A DNA stretch of 64,000 nt from Adineta vaga (taxonomy: Eukaryota; Animalia; Rotifera). Positions 1 to 13,199 of this stretch are shown one piece after another. The notes beneath the pieces are model-generated. The model ran no database searches, was not told the DNA's origin, and saw only the letters and a program-made list of their open reading frames with translations. The translations under genes were made by a program, and so were the position numbers. How positions within the stretch are numbered: position 1 is the first letter of the stretch; each line of letters opens with the position of its first letter. The stretch covers positions 12,400,001 through 12,464,000 of the forward strand of contig CP075497.1 in the NCBI GenBank assembly GCA_021613535.1. The letters run 5' to 3'.

Positions 1-411
1 CATTCACAGAAACAGAAATGACATCAATTGCTTCAAGGGAAATAATGCAAGGTAAATGTATTTTCTCTTCGAGAAACCTATACGAAATAACTCATCTCAC
101 TACTTTATATTTTGTTGATGTGTACTCGATACTTAAACAAAAAGTCTTTTGATATCTGACTGATTTATCTAATACATTTCTCTAGCTTCTCTTGTTAGAG
201 CAGAATCAAGATGAGAAGAAAAGTTTTAAAAGAAAATAAATCTCATTCGAAAGATCCTTTCCAAACGTTCTTTTCATACCGTAACTGTTGTTAATGGTTG
301 ATCGACGGTTATATTGAAAGGAAATAGTAACCATCTCCAAGTGAGAGTTTTGGTACCTCTTCGAAGCTGAAAATTCCTCTTCTTCGCTTCTGCAGACGTT
401 TTGATTTTATT

Positions 412-1365
412 TTGAGATTAAACAAATCTAACACATCTTCTTCTCATATAGTCAATGAGCAGACAACATGGAAACCATATGGAATAATAATAGCCGGTGG
501 TAATGGGCCGGGATTTGTGGTCGATCAACTTAACCAGCCCATAGGATTCAATTTGGATGATGACATGTCATTGTATATCGCTGATCAGCGCAATAATCGT
601 ATTGTCAAATGGCAATTGAATTCTTTCTTTGGTCAAGTCGTTGCACATGGTAACGGAAATGAAAATGGAATACATCAGCTGTATAGTCCATCAGATGTAC
701 TCCTTGATAAGAATAACCTTTCTCTCATTGTCTGTGAACGGGAAAGACATCGACTGACCAGAGTTTTCCTTCAGGAACCAATCAAACCACCCGAAGTCAT
801 TCTTAAAACTGCTTGCAATTATTTAACACGTGATCACAATGGCGATATCTACATTTCTGATCTTGGTGGCGAGTCAGTGAAACGATGGCAGGAAGAACAG
901 TCACGATTGAAAATTATAGCTGGTGGAAACGAAAGAGGAGATGCTTTAAATCAACTCCATTATCCGCAAGGTATTTTTGTAGATAACAATTCTTCAGTTT
1001 ACGTAGCTGATACAAACAATCATCGAGTGGTGAAATGGGCCAGAGATGCTGAAGAAGGGATTGTTGTTGCTGGTGGACAAGGTGTAGGAAATGGCGCCAT
1101 GCAACTAAATGGTCCTTCAGGATTAGTTCTCGATCATTTCGACAATATCTATGTAGTTGATGGGGGAAATGCTCGCGTGATGCGCTTTCCAAAAGGATCA
1201 CAAAATGGTACCGTTATTATTAGTCGATTTACAGATAAACAGGGTGTGGGCAGCTTGTATTTTCCGCAAGATATCTTATTTGATCGACAAGGAAATCTTT
1301 ATATCGTCGACAGTTTTAATTTTAGAGTACTGAAGTTTGAAGTCGAGTGTTACAGTGATTGCTGA
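412..1365 (+). CDS. NHL-repeat (six-bladed beta-propeller) protein, 3' exon; true start probably upstream
   Basis: Repeated NHL units (LNQPIGF...LYIADQRNNRIVKW; LHYPQGIFVD...VYVADTNNHRVVKW; LNGPSGLVLD...IYVVDGGNARVMRF). The ORF begins at TTG; a candidate first exon ATG18..GT donor at 52 lies upstream. Confidence 0.85.
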   Translation: MRLNKSNTSSSHIVNEQTTWKPYGIIIAGGNGPGFVVDQLNQPIGFNLDDDMSLYIADQRNNRIVKWQLNSFFGQVVAHGNGNENGIHQLYSPSDVLLDKNNLSLIVCERERHRLTRVFLQEPIKPPEVILKTACNYLTRDHNGDIYISDLGGESVKRWQEEQSRLKIIAGGNERGDALNQLHYPQGIFVDNNSSVYVADTNNHRVVKWARDAEEGIVVAGGQGVGNGAMQLNGPSGLVLDHFDNIYVVDGGNARVMRFPKGSQNGTVIISRFTDKQGVGSLYFPQDILFDRQGNLYIVDSFNFRVLKFEVECYSDC

Positions 1366-1645
1366 TACTATTTAATTAATCTTCTTTTCGTAAATTTGCT
1401 TTCGCTTCAAAACTTATCCAAATAATAGATAGAGAATCAATCAGAAGATCAATAGTATCCCTATATCTCGTTCACTAAATTGTAAGTTCATTGTACCAAT
1501 TATCGACTTAAAACTATCATCTGTATTTACTTAAAGTGTGCTGATAGAGATAGAACCTTTATTTGCCCTTAAAAGAAATACAAGAAGCTTACATTGATCA
1601 AGTATTTTCAGATATCATTCGAAGTCGATCTTTTTGACATAACAA

Positions 1646-1985
1646 TCAATCAGAACTCATATTGGTTTTCTTGTTGCACAGTTGAGTTATTGAATCGTTT
1701 ATTCCGTTTGAGTTTATCGATAATTGAGAAATCAACTTGAAAATGGTATTAATTCCACCGATAAGACCTATGATAATCGTGCACAAATAGATTATATTCG
1801 TTTTTTTCATAAGTAGACGAACAGAACGATGATTTACATTGTTGATAAACTTTGTCAAAAGAATACGAGATATGCCATTGTTCAATCATCATTTCATCAA
1901 TAGTTCTTTCGATTGATGTATTCAAATCACATGTACTAGATTATGTTGGATACAATGCAGTTGCACGATGAACAATTGAAATATT
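1646..1985 (-). pseudogene. Frameshifted relic of a membrane-protein C-terminal segment
   Basis: One frame reads ...SIERTIDEMMIEQWHISYSFDKVYQQC..., then after an A-run another frame reads TNIIYLCTIIIGLIGGINTIFKLI (hydrophobic helix). It resembles a repeated rotifer TM-protein family as I recall it; not verified. Confidence 0.35.
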
Positions 1986-2407
1986 GAAAGTAATTATATT
2001 TCGTCACTCACACTCTAACATCTATTTTCTCTTTAAAAGACTGCGAAAGAAAATGGCGACACTTGTAGCCCATTTTCTACTGTAAATACAAAAGTTATAA
2101 CTGTTCAGGATAAATCTTTTTAATTAGAATTTGAAAACGGACTGTTTTATCCTTTATTGAGTATATGCGTTAGTAAGTAATCATACTAATCAGTATTTGA
2201 AAAGTCAGCATTCAGTTTCCTACCGAATTAGAAACAAAAACATTCTTTTCGAAATATCCGAATGTGAAAAGCAATCAAATGAATTATATGTCATCATAAT
2301 GGTTTATTTTAGATTTTTTTCCTATAAAAACATTTATCTTTATTGCTTGATTTTTCAAAAAAAAATAATAACAAAAAATAACGAGAAATTGATATTTAGG
2401 GAAATAT

Positions 2408-3256
2408 TTATAGGTCTCTGTTTTCTTGATTATCTTTGAGTTGGAATGTCGTAAGAACAGCGCGATGATCACTTAAAGTCCATTTACTTGAATCATTCCA
2501 TGAATGAACATCACAACCACGTGGAATTAATTCACTTGAGATAGGTTGAAGAAAATTTGATTGATAGAAAATAAAATCAACACCTAATTGTTCTTGTCGA
2601 TGTGTAAAATGTGTGACTTTAGGCTCGTTGTTATGAATAACGAAATACGATGATTGAAATTGTTTTCTTAATAATTCATAAACTGGATCATTTTCCCATG
2701 CGGAATTAAAATCTCCACAAATTATAATTGAACAGTCATTTATAAGATTATGTTGTATTTGATATTCATGAATTAAGTTAAGAAATTTTTTCATTTGTGT
2801 TAACCTTAAACGACGATCCGAAGAATTGTGTGGAAATGTTAAATGAACATTGACTATTAATACACTTTTCCCCTGATATTCAAGATGAACTAAAAGACCA
2901 ACACGATTTCCTACATCATGTAAAAGAAAATCAGATTTATTGATAAATCTAAAATGATTTCGATCAACAAAAATAGCTAAACCATCATCATGATGATGAG
3001 TTCGTTGAACATAATAAGAGTCATATTTTGATGATAGATGAGATTCATATAAATCAATAAATGAGCGTTCATTTAACCAAAATTCTTGTAAACAAATAAG
3101 ATGAAGTTGAAGAGATTGAAGAAGATTGATGATAGCTAAATGCCGTGTTCGCCACATTGTTTCGTAAGAACTTTCACGATCATATTCAGATGATAAACGT
3201 TTATAACATGGTGCAAGAACATTAAATGTACATATAGAGATTGTATCTAATGCCAT
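2408..3256 (-). CDS. Exonuclease/endonuclease/phosphatase (EEP) family protein, CCR4/nocturnin/angel-like
   Basis: Motifs TFNVLA, ICLQE, DGLAIF, NVHL, IICGDFNS, VDFIFY and LSDH; intronless, 282 aa. Confidence 0.9.
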   Translation of the reverse strand: MALDTISICTFNVLAPCYKRLSSEYDRESSYETMWRTRHLAIINLLQSLQLHLICLQEFWLNERSFIDLYESHLSSKYDSYYVQRTHHHDDGLAIFVDRNHFRFINKSDFLLHDVGNRVGLLVHLEYQGKSVLIVNVHLTFPHNSSDRRLRLTQMKKFLNLIHEYQIQHNLINDCSIIICGDFNSAWENDPVYELLRKQFQSSYFVIHNNEPKVTHFTHRQEQLGVDFIFYQSNFLQPISSELIPRGCDVHSWNDSSKWTLSDHRAVLTTFQLKDNQENRDL

Positions 3257-4876
3257 AGTTAACGTACAAAACGAGATGATATGAAGAAAATAATTATTTT
3301 TGTTTGATTCTTCCTGTAGATGAAGTTTATTATCTAATAAATGAAATAAATTGCGTAAAATTAAATTTATCTAAAACAAAAAAATCTTCTCTGAATATTC
3401 ATTCATAGCTAAAGAAAAACTAAGACAAATCAGGAATATATCTGGATAATCGATAGAGAGAATAAATCCATTTGAATGAACAAAATGAAACAAATATTTA
3501 ATTTAATAAAAATATTCAACTCACTATATTATCTGACCGTTAATAATGATGTATTTGGTGGTACAGTTGACATTGTTCTACTAAATTTTATGTATCAACA
3601 ACTAATAATAAATACTTAATAACATTAACTATTAGTTGATATATTTATTGAATTTTCTAATGACAATTGTTCAATTATATCAGTAATCATTGCTTCGTCG
3701 AAAATCACATCTTCATACAATTGTTTTATCTTTTGTTTCATCAAGATAAATTTGTTCGTATACATTCGACGAACAACGATCATTGATGCAGTAAAGTATC
3801 ACTTTATAGAATATAATATGATGAAGCAAAGATGCACCTCGCTTTCGAAATTTCTAAAACTACAACTTATTCATACGAAAGATAAGATTCTTTCGCTGTT
3901 TGCACTTAGGAAATATGATTGGTGTTACTGCACGATAAAGCAATTAGATAGAATTGATTAGTTTATGTTGAGTTAAGCTCATGTGTTTCAATTCTAAATC
4001 TATATTCTAATTCAAAGAATTACTTTCAATTTCAATATGATAATGACGTAAGTGCTTCAATTCATTCAACATTTGTGCCTATTTTACACCAATTGTAATA
4101 TAGTAATTGTTTATTTATCGACTGGTAACTCTAATCGTCCCATGACGACATCTTACGGATGAGAGTGAGTTATGTATGCTAGAACAATGAAGAATTAAAA
4201 TAGAAATTGCTATTGTTTTCACTTTCGTCACAGAAATGTATTTGAAAAATTTATAAAATCAATTCAAAGGCAATTACTCAAAGTATGCACTATGATTTTA
4301 AACAAAATATCATCACCCATGTCAAAGAATCTAATGGAAAATGATCGCTTCTATGGGATTTCTGTGGTTTTATGGAATTAGTAGTATCGGATCGAAAACG
4401 TTTTGCTTTTCTCTGTTGTCGTCCATACAATTTCGGGGGATCGGAACCAACATTCCTGAAAACAGATCAGATAAAATTGAAGAGATTGAAGATTCATTAT
4501 TGGTAAATATCGTGTTTGCCCTATTTTTTCTTGAGAACTTTCACGATCCTATTCTGATGTTAAACGTTTCTAACATTGTACAAATACAGATGACATGTAG
4601 AAAATGAAAGAATGATTATGTTTGTATGTTTGTTTCTTCTTACAAGTGAAGTTTATTGTCTGATGAATGAAGTAAGTCACATAGAATTAATTTATCTCAA
4701 ACAAAAAGAAATAATACAAAAAAAAGTTCTTCTCTCAATATTAAAGCATAATCGAAGAAAACATATGATGTATAATCTACTTAAATCTTTTATATTTGTT
4801 GTTCTTCTTGTTTTTCTGTGCATATATTTAAGTAATAAGAAAAGAAAGTAAGAAAACAAGACGACAAACAAAAAAT

Positions 4877-7800
4877 TTAGGTGCATTTGCACAAATATTT
4901 CAAATTAATCAATGATATATCATCATCCGAGACATTTCCATGTAATTGAACAACACCATCTTGATTGTCAACCGAGAGAAGATCACCATATGCACTTTTA
5001 CTATCACCACCAATGACATAAATCTATATGAATAAATAAAAGGAGATAAAAACATGAAATTTATATAAAAGTATTCAATTCACTTTATCATTTTGTTTCG
5101 GTGTTACTGGTTCCATATGATCAAGAGGAACAACAGCACGTCGATCTTGTTGAGGAAAATGTACAGTACAAACACCATTCTAGAGAAAATGATTGATTTT
5201 GTAATGATTGAGTGATATTGATAGAACTTACTGATATACTCTGAATAATACCGATCATTCCCATATGAATAGATTCGTCTTCATTGGGAATTTTTATTCT
5301 AACATATAAACCTTCCACATGCCAATCATTGTTTGCTATTGAATCAAAATCTATTCATAAAAACAATAAAAAAGAAACAAAATTAATCGGATGAATAAAC
5401 CTAGAGATGTCGACGTAGGTGCATATTGTGCACTTGGTGTCACAGGTGTAATGTTAACTGATGGCGAATAAACATAATTTGCGGCAGGAGATTGATCTGG
5501 TGGACCATTATTATGTGATGATGAAGAAAAACTACCACCTGCTGCACCTGGTGTTGGTATATGAGAACTATAAGCTAAATAAAATAAAGACATTCAAATT
5601 ATCTTTGACAAAACTCATCATTTTCTTTGAATATTCTTACGTTGATAATCCATTTGCATGGCTGGTGATGGTGTTGGATGATTTGAATATGGTGAATAAG
5701 CACTAGCCGACATATTTGAAGAAACACTCGTTGGTCCACCTGTTGAACTAAGTAATGAACCAACACCTAATGCATTCGACGATGAAGAATTTGACATGGA
5801 TGATGAATTTGAACTTCCAAGACCACTTGATAATGCATCAGTCAAATGACTGTAAGATGGTGTTGTTGGATTTAATGTAGCATATGGTGATGGACCATCA
5901 TCGTCATCATAATCAACTCTAGAATAAATATGATTTATAAACAATCAAGGAAAAATACTAATAATAGAAACTAACCGTGGAGTTGCAGCATATGTTGGAT
6001 CCCAAGCTGATGCTCCACCATGTGCACGTGGAGTCATTGATCCTTCATGACGTGGTGTCTAAATAAAAGAATAAAAACATTCTCTTATCGTTTATATTCT
6101 ACCATCAATTTTAACATAAACAAACCATATTTCCATAATGAGGTGTTCGTGATCCGTCATGCATTGGTGTTTGATTTCCAATCATTGGTGTACGTGAACC
6201 AAATGCAGCATATGCTGGTGTTTGTGAACCATGAAGTGGAGTTGTAAAATAATTAGACATTTCTCCTGGTTGACGTGGAACATTTCTATAAATAAAGAAT
6301 AATTTCATTTTACATAAATGTACAAATAAAAAACATACGTTGTTAGAACAATACGATTTCTATCGACAGTAATTGTTTGACATTTTGTATGAAGTTCAAC
6401 TTTACATGTTGAGTCAGTTGCATCTTTAACAATTCCAAAATAACCTTTATAGGGTCCTTGAGATATTCGAACTGTTTGCCCAATTAAACTTGTATCCCGA
6501 CGCATATTATTCGATGCTGAAAATGGTGCCTTCATTGCTCCATGTCCACTTGAATTTGGCGTTCGCCCTCCAGATGATGATGGACTATCTTGACGTACAG
6601 AAGATGAACCTCCGCCCAACGATGATGATGATGATGTATGTGGTGATGGTGTTGACATTGTTCTTGGTGACATATAAGGAGCATTCATTGAAGCAGAAAT
6701 TGGTGTGATTTTCGATGTACCACCAGCTAATAATAAATTTTTTGCTTTTGCAACAAATAAACCACCATTTTCATTTAAAGTTCGAGAATAAATAAAAACA
6801 AAATGTCGATAAAGATGTTTGATTTGTCCTTGTTTATTATTATGTGGCCCTTCAATAACATTAACAATATCACCAGCATTTAAATTATTGTTTTGTGAAT
6901 CTAATGCTGTTGCATTACGATTGATTTTTCTTTTTGTAACCGATTGAATTTTTGCAGGTGCAACTTTTCCATCCATACTTAAAACATATAAATTTTCTTT
7001 ATCAATTCGGGTAACAACTCCAACTTTATCAGCTGATAAATTAACTAAATCTTTCAATTGAAATTGTCCACTTGAATCCACACCAGTTGCTGTTTCTTTA
7101 CATATTTGAAGATCTGATGTTCGTACAGGCATTTCTTCTTTTGTCCCATCGCTTAAAACAACTGCTTTTAGTCCATCAATTCCCACAATCATACCAGTGT
7201 CACCTTCAAATCTTCCATTCAATACTTTCACATGATTTCCAACAGAAAAATATTTTCTTAGTTCATTGGCTTTGAATGGAATTTCATCTTTTAATGCTTC
7301 ATGTTTAGGTAGAATTCGAATTGAATCACCATCAATACCAACAATTGTACCTTGTAAATTAACTAATTCACCTTCACAAACTTCAACTTGATCACCCGGT
7401 GCAAATGATAATAAATCATTTTTCGATGCTTTAGATTTATTAATTGCAACTAAAGATTTCAATCAAAAGATAAATCTTTCTTTTCTTTTCCAATGTTTTA
7501 CCGTTGCTTTCAGGTCCATCGATAGTTTCTTCAAATTTATCTAATTCACTGATTGTTGGAGTTACTCCATCAGAAGACTAAAGTAAATCTAAATTTGAAT
7601 CATTATTTATTCATTTTCAAATGACTTACCACAGCTTGAAGTGGAAAACTTTTGATGAGAAAACCTTTTTCATCAAATTTTCCTCCTTCGAATGATCGAT
7701 ATTCATAATCTCTTCTGATTTGTCCACCAGCAGCTCTAGAAAAATTCAATACAAAAATTTCATTTAATAATTGAATTCTTACTCGACAGCAGTTTCATCA

Positions 7801-9198
7801 AATAATTTCGCTGGTGGTTTTTTGAATGCAAAACGATTTTTTTTCTTCATCATTTGATTTGATCCCGGAACAATTCCACTTGGATCAGTGGAGCTTCCTT
7901 TAGGTCCACCACGTTTTTTCGAATAATCAATTCGTGGAATTAATTTCAAAGTCACCATATTTTGTGCCATATCACATTGTTCAACTTTAGCTAAATCATC
8001 TCGATAAACTCCACGTTTAATTCGAACCCATGAACCTTTTTGAATTCCATACGATGTTTTAACAACACGAAGTATATCTGTCATTCCTCGAATTGGAACC
8101 ATTTGAAGATTCTGAACATTCAATGCACGAATATCTTCACACGCTGCTTTAACATGGTTAGCTTTAAATGCTTCAATATAAATATAACCTCGATCGCCTT
8201 CTTTAACAACAACTGATTTAATTTGTAATGCCTGAAGAGAAGAAAAAATTCAAGTAAATGAAAGTCTTTTTGATTAAAACAATCAATTACTTTATCATTA
8301 TTTTCTAAAGCAAGATATTTTCTCATTAATAATAAAGCCGTTTGTTTTTCTTCACCCATTCGACATTTTACAGGCCAAAGATTTGGTGATTTAACATCAG
8401 GTAATAGACTTTGTTGAGTTATTTCATCAGGAATTTGATCATCATCATATTCATCATCACGTAATGCGGGATCTCTTCGACCATAACGTTCTTTTAAATA
8501 TTCAACCATTTTCGCTGGATCCATTTCACTAAATAAATCAAATTTCGAATAAAATATTCTCAATAAATTATCAAACGAACTCTTGCGCAATGGGAAATTT
8601 GGATCGACTAGCTCGATAAATATCTGCAGCTGTTGTATCATAGATTTCTTGTTCGACAAAACCAGCTTCCGGTTCATCAATATCTTCATCTTCGTCTTCG
8701 TCTTCATCAACATCTAGAAGGACAAAGTCATGAAAACAATTTCGTTCCAAGATCTTTATCGTTACCAGCTTCAGCAATAATAAATTGTTTTCCGGAAATT
8801 TCTTTTTTCTTTCGTTTCTGTTGATGACCTTCTTTTTTTCTTCGACCGGAACGATCGTCATCATCATCCTAAAATAAATTTCTATTTTTCAAATCTTTTC
8901 TTAACAAACAACATGTCAAATTTACTTCTTCATCATCTTCTTCGTCGTCGTCTTCTTCATCCTACAAAACAAGCAAACAAATATATGAATCAATCAATGT
9001 TTAGTAAACGAATAGAAACCTCTTCATCGTCTTCTTCTTCTTCTTCATCTTCTGCCTCTTCGTTTACTTGTTCTTCTTCTTCTTCATCATCCGAAGCTTT
9101 ACGTTTATTGGATTTTCCTTTGCGCTATTAAAAACAGATGAGATTTTCAACATAATTCATTTAGAAAAAGAAATACGCACATCTTCGTTGTCGCTCAT
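4877..9198 (-). CDS. SUPT5H: Transcription elongation factor SPT5 (multi-exon)
   Basis: Acidic N-terminus (MSDNED...), NGN domain ([24 protein letters not shown]; GYIYIEAFK), multiple KOW motifs ([54 protein letters not shown]), CTR repeats ([21 protein letters not shown]) and C-terminal KOW ending LKYLCKCT*. Confidence 0.95.
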
Positions 9199-9339
9199 TG
9201 TAACTGTCGAATAAAATCTCTAGAATATGTACGTTTAAAGTAAAAAACAGCAAATAATCTAACCTACTTGCTGTATTTGCTCCAAAGAAATGAATAAATA
9301 AATGAAAGATGCTTGAATTTATATGTACGACACAGGAAT

Positions 9340-9380
9340 AAATTTTCATTGGTTGAAATCATTTGTCCAATCAACAATCA
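9340..9380. promoter_or_regulatory. Bidirectional promoter region with two oppositely oriented CCAAT boxes between SPT5 and the CNTD1-like gene
   Basis: ATTGG at 9348-9352 and CCAAT at 9367-9371 lie in a short head-to-head intergenic gap. Confidence 0.4.
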
Positions 9381-9506
9381 TGTGTCACTAGATGACATTT
9401 TGCATAGATGATCAAGAAAAATGTCTCATCGTCGTCTTCTTCCTATTTTATCAAATAAAAAGTGTGCGAAATTAAATTTCCGTCGGATAGAAAAAGATTT
9501 GATAAA

Positions 9507-10802
9507 ATGATTCAATGTGAATATTTAAAATTATTTATTCAAAAGTATAAAGATCATTTGAAACGCAATTCTCATCGATCAATTTCAGTAATAGTAGAAA
9601 AAAATATTTAGTATAAATTAGTAGTCTTTAAATTCATTTAGTTTTGTAATAAAACAATGGTTTCATTCTTTTATATGCTAACATGTCAAATTGAACTCGA
9701 TGATCAAGTGTTTTTTACTTCAGTAGAATTATTGAATAAGTTCGAAAAAAAACTTTTTATGTTTTTTTTATTGATTTCATCGAATTTTGTTTTTATTAGA
9801 TATTTAATTTGTTCAATGATGAAAGCATGTAGTTCGATTAGTAAAGAACCAAATCACATACGAAATCAATATGAATTAATTAAAGAAAAATATCTACGAG
9901 AAAGATATTTAGTTGCAACAGCTTGTTTTCAATTAGCAACACAAATATGTGTAAGTTTTAAGTTGAGAAATTCGAAATGAAATAATCTTTCGTTGTATAG
10001 AATCATTCAATCGATTCTGCTCGTTTAATTGAATATTTCTATGAACTTGCAAGATTAGATTCAAATATTACAATAAAATTCAATCGTGATCAATTAAATG
10101 AAATTCAAATTCAGATATTAACAACAATTAATCATCAATTTCCCTGTTATACTCCACATATGTTTATTTCATATTTTCTTCGATTTCTTTGTAAGTGAAA
10201 TTGGTTCCTTTTTTCTTAGAAAGATGAAAACTCGCAGAAAATTTTAGATGAAGAAATGAAAATAACAAATGATCGATTATATAATTCGTCAATGCTTTTA
10301 CTTGTTCATATTTATTTACAATGGTCATCATTAATTGAAATTTTAGCAAAGAAAGAAAGTGGATCTTCGATTGTTAATAAAATACAAATGTATTCAAATC
10401 TTTTCGTTTGAAAATAAGAAATTGAATATATCATTGTAGAGAAAATGTCACTCAACGATTAAATGATCCACTATTACTTGGTTCAGCAACAATACTTGCT
10501 GCATCGAAAATCTTTTGTCATGGAAACAATTCTCAACTTCATGATAAAGTTTGTTTCTTTCTTCTTTTCTTATCATTTCATGTTATCAATGAATGAAATA
10601 GATTATTAGTTTATTTGTAACACTTCTTGGCATTGATCCAATGAGAATTTATATGGCACAATTTTTTGCTGAAGAATTATTACAAAAATCATTGAATATT
10701 CGATTAGGAATGGAAATCAATGATGAATCAACATCGAGAATGTTAGTTGATCGTGAACATGATTTTGATGATGAATCAATGATGACATTTCCATCACCAT
10801 AG
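9507..10802 (+). CDS. CNTD1: Cyclin N-terminal domain-containing protein 1 (CNTD1/COSA-1)-like cyclin-fold protein, multi-exon; start could be slightly upstream (~9421)
   Basis: Manually spliced segments FCNKTMVSFFYMLTCQIELDDQVFFTSVELLNKY, VATACFQLATQIC, QLNEIQIQILTTINHQFPCYTPHMF, RLYNSSMLLLVHIYL, NDPLLLGSATILAASKIF and DKIISLFVTLLGI are colinear with remembered vertebrate CNTD1 blocks (FREPQIVEF..AVEILERF, SCVQLASKL, ELLESELDVLKSLNF..TP, RLHATCLTLLDLVYL, DFMLLAVGIIAAS). Confidence 0.7.
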
Positions 10803-11497
10803 ATAAACAGATTATCATTTTATTTCACATTTTCATTGTTTAGATCAACATTAATTCAATAAAATAGAAAATAATGATTTGATATAACTTCTCAAATGAA
10901 ATGATCATCTTTTCTATTGATAGAGATTGTTGCATATTTGATGATGATGATTCATAAATTAATTGCTATCGTTTCAATGCAGTGAGTCTTTCTTTTATTA
11001 GTAATAAAATTTGTTGAACTTGAGATATATATTTTTCATCAAAATCAATATAATCATCAACAAAGAAATTAAAACTACACTAAAATAAACTTTTCTCTTG
11101 ACTTCAGAGTGCAATCAATAAAAAAATCAAGGGATCTTCTGAGAACAATACTATGTATTCATTTATTTTAGATTGAACACATACGATAAAAACAAAGTAA
11201 CATTCGTCGTTTCGACTTACTTGACCCTCAACTGCGAAAAATAAAACATTTTTTTTCTTCTCATAATCTCTTCCTAAAGTTGAGGGCGTGGATGTCCGTG
11301 TGCCTGTCAATGAGATTCAATTGTAAATATACCATTCGCAGTCACATCCTCATGCTTGATGAAAAGAAACATTTCATTTTCAGTTTTCTTTTTCCCAAAT
11401 AATTCATTTCAAAAACTTTCGATGCTTTTCTCCGTTTAATCTCCATCAAAACTATAACAAAATGAAAAGGAAAAAGGAAAAGAAAACAAACAATGAA

Positions 11498-12590
11498 CTA
11501 TTCTAATTTATCTGCTGTCGTTTCATTTGTCTTTATTTTCCCTAATGTTGGAAGAGAAGCATTATTTTTCTTTTTTGCTCTTTCTAATAAATAATCGAAT
11601 GTCCAATAATGTAAATGAAGTTGAGCAGGAATTGATAGTGCCTGAATTCGTTGCATTGTTTCATTATATGATGGAACATCAATCGAATGAATTGCACTAA
11701 ATTCAAATCTTCCTATTTGTTTTGTTGATGATATTAATGGTCCACGTGTAATATCAACATGACAATCACCCATTCGATAAACAGATAAACGTGGTTGTGT
11801 ATCAGTTGGTGTCAATAAACGAAGCATATGTGGAATTTGTGCAAGTTTAAATCGATCATATGTAAACATTTCTTCAGCAACTGATTGTGTTATATCTAAT
11901 CGTTCAAATCGAAGATCACGATCACGTAATTTGTATGCTTGAATGGATAAACAACGAAGATCATCTCGAGTTGGTTTCCAATCTCCTTTTTGAAATAAAG
12001 AAAGATGATTTTTTTTCAGAATTTTCGTATAAAAATTCATCTCTTCACTTACCAAGGTTGAGTTGAGCATCATAAGCAAATGATCCATTTTGAAATTGTG
12101 GTGGTGGAAATGAACAAAGTTCAACATTGTAATTTGATTTGAATGCTGTTTCAAGAATATAACCAATAATGAATGAACATGTTCTCCAATAAGCACGATT
12201 TTGCTCTTCACAATTTTCTTCCATAAAATGAAGAAATTTCAGTGTACAATCACGTTCTAATGGTCGATTCATATCCCACAGATGTTGGTCATCAATTAAA
12301 GCTAAACAAGATCGATCAACTAAAACATTTGATATATGTTGTGCACAATGATAAGGTGTTGAAAGATTTTTGTTCATTAGAAGTTTCGTAGATTGAATCG
12401 GATCTTGAACATCAATTTCTATTTTTTCGACACGACGAATTCGTTCCATTTGAATTTGTTTTTCATTATTAAATATTCGAAGACGATGTGTACGAATTTC
12501 ATCGTTTGTTAAATGACTTCGAGATAATGCTGCAGTTGATGTCGATTGAAAACGACGGGTTAGATTTAGACAAGATCTAATTTTCATCAT
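11498..12590 (-). CDS. MRPL39: Mitochondrial ribosomal protein L39 (TGS/ThrRS-like fold), two exons
   Basis: Targeting-peptide-like N-terminus, LMNKNLSTPYHCAQHI, LWDMNRPLERDCTLKFLHF, AYWRTCSFIIG, GSFAYD, FERLDI and HVDITRGPLISST; single intron at ~11987-12052. Confidence 0.9.
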
Positions 12591-13199
12591 TCAGATTGTA
12601 TTGTAACAGACAAGTCAATCAAGTAGATGAAACGAAAGTAAGTATTATTATTTGGATGAAAGAAAAGAATGACTCATACTTTCTGTACGTAGCCACCAAT
12701 CAAACAAAAGACTAGATATAGGGAGCGATAATAATCGTTGCGAAAATTGTATCAACTAAATTGAATCAGTTTTGTAAAAATTTCGAATACTTAAATCGTT
12801 GTATAAAAGTGACTTACTTCGAATACAAGTTATTTGTCACTTAAAATTAATATTATCCGATCTTTCCTATCACCAAATACAACATTTAGAATTGATTATA
12901 ACGACAATAGAAATAAAATAGGTTAATTCTTACATGGAATTAGTGTTAAAATTCTCACAGGAAAACGGATTGCTCAACGATGAGTTCATGAGTATGCAGA
13001 TCCATAACATCGACGGAAATATTTCGTTTCTCAAACATTTCATGTTTACTTTCCTTTATCTATACTTAATATATATGACTTCTTCCTTTTTTTTGGAACA
13101 AAGCTTTATTATGTTAAATATATGAATATGTATCTTATAGCAAAATAACAATGAAAACATAAACAGGTATATTTTCATACAAAAGCTGAAGAAGAAAAA

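Noticed and set aside
3500-4610. Coding-like fragments on the minus strand between the EEP gene and SPT5 (e.g. AYITHSHP*D)
   Set aside because: Many stops and no recognisable family; could be a decayed gene but cannot be supported.
8680-9095. TCT/TCA trinucleotide runs as satellite or repeat array
   Set aside because: They encode the Asp/Glu-rich N-terminus of SPT5 on the minus strand.
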